Virus record (IMG/VR): IMGVR_UViG_3300050821_003315
DNA: 64,000 nt
Direction: 5' to 3' (one strand)
Source: a virus
The position numbers were made by a program, and so were the translations under genes. Below are positions 58,030 through 64,000 of this stretch, piece after piece; position 1 is the first letter of the stretch, and every line of letters starts with the position of its first letter. The notes under the pieces were generated by a model. That model was given only the letters and a program-made list of their open reading frames with translations, made no database searches and was not told where the DNA came from.

Positions 58030-58818
58030 ATGCCGCGTTTCGTAGAACCTGAAGTTTTCCTCATTGCTCAGCCTGAGGTGGACTACGATGAGGTTGCTCG
58101 CTACCTGGAGCTTGTGGGTGGTGGAGACTGGATGGACACTCTTGATGAGTTTGGGCCCCACGCTGAAGACCTAGTAGAGTTCGGTGGTCGTCTTTGCTAC
58201 CGGTCCTTCGAGCCGGGGCTTAACCCTAACGTCACCAAGGTACGCACTGACAAGGTTGATTACTTCAAGAACATCCTCAAGAGCGGCCATGGCAGTGTGG
58301 TCGAGCACGCTAACTTCTCATTCGCCTTGCATAACGTAAGCCGCGTTTTCACTCACGAGCTTGTCCGGCATCGCGCGGGCTGTGCTATCAGCCAGGAGTC
58401 AATGCGGTTCGTACGGCTTACGGACATACCTTTCTGGCTGCCACAATGGGCTAAGGATGACCCTGCGCTGTATGAGGAATCTCTTCAGGTTCTGCACATG
58501 CTGGAAAAGCACCAGAAATGGATGGCTGAGCACTTCAAGCTGGACGACGATGGTGTGCCCTTCCACGAGAAAAAGGCTAAGACCTCGTTCATGCGGCGTT
58601 TCGCGCCAGATGGGGTAGCCACTTCTCTTCTCTGGACGGCGAATATCCGCACGCTACGCCACGTTATTGAAGTTCGCACAGCGGCAGGAGCTGAAGAGGA
58701 AATTCGCCTGGTATTCGACACTATTGCGGAGGCCATGAAGACAGAAGTTCCTAAGCTAATGCAAGACTTTACCCGTGAGGAAAACGGAGAATGGATTCCG
58801 GCTCACAGGAAGGTGTAG
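58030..58818 (+). CDS. thyX: flavin-dependent thymidylate synthase
   Basis: GRLCYRS, GHGSVVEH, SRVFTHELVRHR..SQESMRF, NIRTLRH, AEEEIR. Confidence 0.97.
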   Translation: MPRFVEPEVFLIAQPEVDYDEVARYLELVGGGDWMDTLDEFGPHAEDLVEFGGRLCYRSFEPGLNPNVTKVRTDKVDYFKNILKSGHGSVVEHANFSFALHNVSRVFTHELVRHRAGCAISQESMRFVRLTDIPFWLPQWAKDDPALYEESLQVLHMLEKHQKWMAEHFKLDDDGVPFHEKKAKTSFMRRFAPDGVATSLLWTANIRTLRHVIEVRTAAGAEEEIRLVFDTIAEAMKTEVPKLMQDFTREENGEWIPAHRKV

Positions 58819-58830
58819 AATAATGACACT

Positions 58831-59181
58831 ATGGCAAGAGCAACCCCCAGCGCATTTACCTTCAGGCTATCCTGCGGGTGCCTCGCAATCCTTCCCGGAG
58901 TGCAGGCAAATAAGGAAGGTTTCGTAACTTCCAAGAAAAAGGCCCAGATACTGTGCTTGAAGTGCAGGACCGGCGTCACTATAATCAAGCGGTATCCACC
59001 ACCTTATGCCTCATGTGCAGTTGAATCGTGGAAGGATGACCTTAAAGGCGTGATGCGCCGAGTAAGGTGCTGCCTTGCGGACGGCCACGATGATGACCAT
59101 GAAGATTCGATAATCGGCCTTACGTTTCCGTCTCCCGGCAAGCTCATTGCCCGTGGCGACGGGAATACAAATCGAGCATAA
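58831..59181 (+). CDS. Cys-rich hypothetical protein
   Basis: LSCGC..CLKC..RCC..GHDDDH. Confidence 0.55.
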   Translation: MARATPSAFTFRLSCGCLAILPGVQANKEGFVTSKKKAQILCLKCRTGVTIIKRYPPPYASCAVESWKDDLKGVMRRVRCCLADGHDDDHEDSIIGLTFPSPGKLIARGDGNTNRA

Positions 59182-59187
59182 GGAGTT
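59162..59187 (+). promoter_or_regulatory. SigR/SigH-type promoter, leaderless
   Basis: GGAATA at 59162, GTT at 59185, GTG at 59197. Confidence 0.8.
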
Positions 59188-59196
59188 GAACAAGAC

Positions 59197-60846
59197 GTGT
59201 GGATAGCAGCGTGCACCTGCGGCACGGGAATAACGGCAGAGTCGGAAGCTGAGGCCGCTAGCCTCGCTGAGACTCACTTGCTGCGTGCTGCCGTGCCAGG
59301 GCCGGGTGAAACGTGGCAGCATGCCGTGAGCCTAGGTGAAGCCACTAATGCTTGTAAGCTAACACCTAACTGGGGCACTCACGCTCCCGCTATTGCCGCA
59401 CCAGGCGAGGCAGTAAGTCGTCCTACGAGTAACGGCAAGCGCACCTTGTCTCCTGCCGACATCATGCGCCAGCTCAAGCGCCAGGAATTGCAGTACGCCG
59501 CAGAGGATGAGGAATTCGAGGAGCCTCAGGTTCCGGCTCGAAGCAATCCTTACACTGTAGACCCTGAGCCTGGTGTCGATGCTGGCTTCCACCACGAGGG
59601 TGCGTACAGGGAGAAGCCAGAGGACTTCAGTGGCTGGGGAGGGCCAGGAGGGCCGCCTGAAGACGATGACGACGAGGACTACTCCTATCTCAATATCGAC
59701 CCTGTAGACGCCCCTACACGTCTCGATGAGCTTCCTGAGGGTATCATCGTTAATGGTCAGGTGGGTACAGGACCTAAGCTACCCTTGGTGGAAGACGGTC
59801 CTGACTATCAGATAGACGAGGATGCACCGTTGAAGCCGCATTGGCCGGGAGACAAGCGACCTGAGGAGGACTAGTGGAGGCGTATGAAGGTTACCTGTCG
59901 TGCGCGAATTGCGCGAAGTCTCTGGAGGAGGGCTACCATCCGATAAAGATGGCAGGAGAGCGCATACAGTTTGTATGCACGCCTGAGTGCGGCAGTAAAT
60001 GGATGCGGGCTGTAGGCGAAGTATTCAAGTGCCAGCAGTGTGACGCTGAATGCCCTATCACTGAGCATCCTTGCATTGAGTGGGAAGAGCAAGGCACACA
60101 TCACTTCTGCAAAGACGATTGTGTCTATGACTACATGATAGAGAATAACGTTACCTTCGCTCACCCTGAGGCGCAGCCAGACGTGGATGACTTATGGCTA
60201 CCACCATAGAGATTGAGGAGCTTACAGGCTTTGACCTTGATAACGCTCCTCCTTGTGAGTTTTACGATGTAGCCCACGGTAAGCCGTGCGGTGAGCCGTC
60301 TGTAGTGAGGATGAGAGTTAAGTGCTCTTGTGGCGAAGCAGGCGTCATATTCTTGTGCCAGAAATGCCGTGAGATGCTGGAGCAAGGAGGCGCACAGTGC
60401 CTCATGTGCTTTGGAAGCGACCTTACGTGGGGGGAATCTTGAGTCCTTGGCCGTATTTCATGAAGGGCCGTACGCCTTTTCGGGCACTAAAGCCATTGCT
60501 TGGAGACTCGCAGAAGCTTGACCCGGACAATGCTCTGGGCGACCGTCAGGTGTGCCCTGAAGATGAAGCTACCTTGGTATCTAGTAAGATGTTCGGCGTA
60601 GACGATAACTACCACATGCCTGTACTGGACATTGACTACAAAGCTACCCTAGTCGAGTCTTCAACACCGGGGCACTACCACTTGTACCTCAACCACTGGG
60701 TTAAGTGGGAAGACTATAAGAAGCTGCTTAAGGCAATGGAACGTTGCGGGTTGCTGCAACCCGGATTTGTCAATAACAGCATTAAGCGGGGAGCTTCTTT
60801 CGCCAGGCTGCCAGGAGTCAAGAAAGGCGAGGAACATGCCTGCTAA
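59197..60846 (+). CDS. four hypothetical ORFs (59197-59874 acidic; 59874-60209 Cys-rich; 60194-60442 Zn finger, paralog of 7672; ~60439-60846)
   Basis: coupled ORFs. Confidence 0.6.
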
Positions 60847-61147
60847 GCCGTTCACGGGTGGCGTCAGGATTGACCCGGAGAAGCTTAAGGTATGCCGCGA
60901 GATAGCTGGAATGACCCAGACTGAGCTTGCTAGCCGAACGGGCATCTCTGTTGAGAGTATCAGCTCATACGAAAGAGGCATCCGAAAGCCATCCGGTGCA
61001 TACTTCAGGCGGCTTTTCATAGCACTAGGAGTAGGTCCGGAGGACTTGCTGACGAACAAGGCAGCTAAGTTGGCTATTAAGATGCTGGCGGAACGCCGTA
61101 AGCTTAATGCGCCAGACCTTGAGGAGCTGTGGGAAGACGATGAATAG
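60836..61147 (+). CDS. XRE-family HTH regulator
   Basis: LKVCREIAGMTQTELASRTGISVESISSYERGIRKP. Confidence 0.9.
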   Translation: MPAKPFTGGVRIDPEKLKVCREIAGMTQTELASRTGISVESISSYERGIRKPSGAYFRRLFIALGVGPEDLLTNKAAKLAIKMLAERRKLNAPDLEELWEDDE

Positions 61148-61278
61148 GCCGGAAGCCCTGGAAAGTCTTTACCGATTCGTGTGGGAAGAGATGGATACAC
61201 TAGAATCATCTGTTCCTGGCTACGCTTATATCGCAGACAAGGACATGGATACGCTGGAGCGCCTGTGCTTGGCGATAG

Positions 61279-62274
61279 ATGAGGCGCACTATGAGTAACG
61301 AGCTTGATGAGCTTACTTTTCTGCTAAATGCCAGCGTCGATGAAGTGCGCAACACCTCCTTTAGCCGATGGCAAGGACTAACGGATAATAGCTCGGCCAT
61401 GAAGGGCTTCACAGGCGAGGCAGAGCTGGCCGTAGGGAGTGTTCAAGGGTACCGGTGGTGGAAGATGTACCCGATGAAACAAGACGCGCTCATAGGCGCT
61501 TACGGAGGCCGCTGGGACCCTGGTGACGCCTTTTACGAGGGTGAATGCCGCAGGGCACGGTTGTACGGTAAGGTACCCGAGCATGCGGCTCCTGAGCCTA
61601 GCTGCGGGTGTGGTTTCTGGGCGTTCTGGAAGCCGGCTGATGCCAGCGTAATACTGGACAAGACGGCTATCACAATCCAGGGCGTAGTAGAGGGCTTCGG
61701 TACTGTACTTATTGGCGATAAGGGTTTTCGCTGCGGTAAGGTGCGCCTTAAGGGCCTAGCAATAGATAAAGACCACCTGCGCCGGACTATGGAAGAAGAG
61801 CGTAAGCGAAACTTCGATGGCTATTTTACGCAGACGTATAAGAATCAGCTAACCGCAGGCCCTTGGCGCTCTCCCACCTTTAAGACTGAAGGGGCAGTTA
61901 ACACACACGCTCAGATTACGGGGCGAAAGATAGAAAGTGCTGTTGACGCCAGTATCCCTGAAGAAATACTTGACTGTGCGGTCGCTGAAATTGAGGGAAC
62001 TCTAGAAGAGCTTTACCCTTCGGTTAAAGTGTTTTGCTCTATGAGTACGATGCGCACTTATTTTGGTCACGACAAGAATTATGGCTATGCGTCAAGTAGG
62101 TGCCCAGACGTACTAGCTATGGGCCAGGACTGGCTCCAGCGAGTTCTGTTGAAGCTCACCACGCTTAGCTGGGACCTAGGTGAAGCTCTCTGGGAGACTA
62201 ACCAAGGCTGGGCAGCAGCGCGAGAGGTCAGGCGCATGGGGGACCTCGTACGCGAGATTATAGATGAGCTGTAA
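61279..62274 (+). CDS. CGCGxWA family protein, paralog 4
   Basis: GSVQGYRWW, GAYGGRW, CGCGFWAFW, GTVLIGDKGFR. Confidence 0.8.
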   Translation: MRRTMSNELDELTFLLNASVDEVRNTSFSRWQGLTDNSSAMKGFTGEAELAVGSVQGYRWWKMYPMKQDALIGAYGGRWDPGDAFYEGECRRARLYGKVPEHAAPEPSCGCGFWAFWKPADASVILDKTAITIQGVVEGFGTVLIGDKGFRCGKVRLKGLAIDKDHLRRTMEEERKRNFDGYFTQTYKNQLTAGPWRSPTFKTEGAVNTHAQITGRKIESAVDASIPEEILDCAVAEIEGTLEELYPSVKVFCSMSTMRTYFGHDKNYGYASSRCPDVLAMGQDWLQRVLLKLTTLSWDLGEALWETNQGWAAAREVRRMGDLVREIIDEL

Positions 62275-62280
62275 CCCGCA

Positions 62281-62306
62281 GGAATATTGAGACTTGTAGA
62301 AAGGTT
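62281..62306 (+). promoter_or_regulatory. SigR/SigH-type promoter, leaderless
   Basis: GGAATA at 62281, GTT at 62304, ATG at 62316. Confidence 0.8.
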
Positions 62307-62315
62307 GACTTAGAC

Positions 62316-62822
62316 ATGAAGACACTCAAGCGTCTAGCCGCGCTACTCACAGGAACTGCTGCTCTTACAGCCACCACGATGGGTGTAGCCTCGGCTGCTA
62401 CCATTCCTCCGCACACACCGTCCACTGCTGTTGTTGAAGAAATTAATAATTCTTTTAAGCCTCAGTGGTACAAGCTACAGAATGCCGACCCTATGGGCGG
62501 GGACCTACTAAACGCCCCTTCTAGTGCAGCAGTAGGAATACTGTATCAAATTCGTTGGACGGGTGTCAGCTCTACTGAAGTTCACGGAACCGGAAAGTAC
62601 GAATTTTATTTCGCTGGGCGCTACGCTAGCGGCCCTGTCGTAATTGCGCTGTACGGGAAGGGTTATCGTTACACATGTATCAGCGCTACTGCCACTCAAG
62701 AATGGTACGGTAATAATGGACTAGGTGGAGTTGACCCGCCATATGGACACGGGACATATCACACAACTAAGCCTACCTACCTCGCAAGTAATATCCCTAC
62801 TACAGATTTCGACCGACTCTAA
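62316..62822 (+). CDS. secreted protein (paralog of 31839)
   Basis: signal peptide; ATIPPHTPS..QWYKLQ..PPYGHG. Confidence 0.75.
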   Translation: MKTLKRLAALLTGTAALTATTMGVASAATIPPHTPSTAVVEEINNSFKPQWYKLQNADPMGGDLLNAPSSAAVGILYQIRWTGVSSTEVHGTGKYEFYFAGRYASGPVVIALYGKGYRYTCISATATQEWYGNNGLGGVDPPYGHGTYHTTKPTYLASNIPTTDFDRL

Positions 62823-63287
62823 TTATTCGCCACTTGCCTTGACGTTGTAAGCCTGAGCACAATTCTTAGGAGCATCAATCTTAGCGGCTTTAGCAAGTAG
62901 AGCCTTACCAAATGCTACAGCTTTAGGTGTAGGGGCATCTTTACCTTTACCGTTAAGGGCGGTCTTAACAAAGTATATCCATACGTCTTGCTGTCCTGCC
63001 TTGAATTCATTTCCGGCCCGACAGTTAGCAACAGCGTCGTGTCGTAGTTCCTGGGTTGTGCTGTACTGCTCGGATATTAGGTAGCCTAGCACTCCTGATA
63101 TAACTAGCAGTGCAGCACACACTACGGTGAGTATGCGAATCTGAAGCTTCGGAACTCTAGTGGCAGCCTTGATAAGGATGTCAACTTGCTTTTCGGCAGC
63201 CTTAACAAAGTCGCTGGTCAGATGCTCGGCAAAGCTATCCTCAGCCGCAGTTGACGGAACCTCGGAGGGAGTCGGGTCTTCAGGCAT
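62823..63287 (-). CDS. single-pass membrane protein
   Basis: ILTVVCAALLVISGVLGYLI. Confidence 0.65.
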   Translation of the reverse strand: MPEDPTPSEVPSTAAEDSFAEHLTSDFVKAAEKQVDILIKAATRVPKLQIRILTVVCAALLVISGVLGYLISEQYSTTQELRHDAVANCRAGNEFKAGQQDVWIYFVKTALNGKGKDAPTPKAVAFGKALLAKAAKIDAPKNCAQAYNVKASGE

Positions 63288-63332
63288 GGTTAGCTCAATT
63301 CAGCAAGGAAGTCTACATAACTAACTTTACTG

Positions 63333-63998
63333 TTATTCCATTACTTCCGGAATAGTTCGGGCTTTACGAGTCGCAGCTATTACATAATCCATAGTCCGGA
63401 GCAGTATAGCAGCCGCTACTTGTTCACCGGGATGCACAGGAAAGCCAACTTCCTGTCCAGGCTCCCAGTTACGAATAATGTACAGGAACTTCTTAAGTTC
63501 CTGACGCTCAGCATCAGAGATGGTGCCGTCCATGTAGGCTTCTAGCAAAACGTCGATGTGGTGCCTCGCAGGGTCTGGTTGGTGAAGAATCTTTGCAGCG
63601 TCCATAGAAAAGTTAGTCCAGTACACATCGATTTTAACTTCGAGCTTGGCGAGCTTTTCTCCTATAGGAGCTAGCTTATCTGAGATTATATTCTTTATCG
63701 CTTCCCGCTCGTTGTCACGGGACTCGGGGGAAGTTCGTGCTTCTAGCGTAGTTATGCGGTCTATGATAGGCTGCGTGTGCTCTGTGAACACATGCTCAAT
63801 GTGTGCCGTAGTGTTCTTGTCTGACCGTTCACTTCTGCCGTGCAACCACAGCAACCCTGTAAACATCATGCTTAGGGCGCTTATGAGCACGGGAAGTATT
63901 TCTGACAACGCCATCTCGAATACCGCCCTTTGCCTTATGTCTCCCCTAATGATATCGGATAGCCTTGAAATAGCGGAGTGCTCAATAACCTTAAGCAA
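63333..63998 (-). CDS. membrane-anchored coiled-coil protein (start probably ~63914)
   Basis: TM segment followed by helical region. Confidence 0.6.
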   Translation of the reverse strand: MLKVIEHSAISRLSDIIRGDIRQRAVFEMALSEILPVLISALSMMFTGLLWLHGRSERSDKNTTAHIEHVFTEHTQPIIDRITTLEARTSPESRDNEREAIKNIISDKLAPIGEKLAKLEVKIDVYWTNFSMDAAKILHQPDPARHHIDVLLEAYMDGTISDAERQELKKFLYIIRNWEPGQEVGFPVHPGEQVAAAILLRTMDYVIAATRKARTIPEVME

Positions 63999-64000
63999 GG

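Overview
The window is a 64-kb slice of a large dsDNA bacteriophage genome, most likely infecting an actinobacterium. It is densely packed with small coupled ORFs, and no capsid, terminase or integrase gene is visible. Recognisable genes include Ku, a C5-cytosine methyltransferase, two MazG-like pyrophosphatases, a GGQ release-factor-like protein, an endolysin, class II RNR (NrdJ), three beta-helix tail-fibre/depolymerase genes, family A DNA polymerase, prim-pol/helicase, a Cas4-like exonuclease, SSB, an SNF2 helicase, a RuvC-like resolvase and ThyX. Features not explained by these annotations: (1) 13 exact copies of a SigR/SigH-type promoter GGAATA-N17-GTT, six with a start codon exactly 9 nt after the GTT (leaderless), plus a second leaderless TAnnnT promoter class. 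(2) At least three structured intergenic RNA candidates: a ~190-nt RNA with a looped anti-Shine-Dalgarno sequence, a ~92-nt RNA starting at the predicted +1 of one promoter ahead of a nuclease, and a tRNA-like fold. (3) A processive GT2 synthase paired with a secreted ricin-GH5 hydrolase. (4) A four-copy CGCGxWA protein family. (5) An MBL-Rieske (CMAH/Rv3818-like) enzyme. (6) An iteron-like TGACCC cluster between the polymerase and primase genes. Functional calls come from motif reading by eye; no database searches were run.
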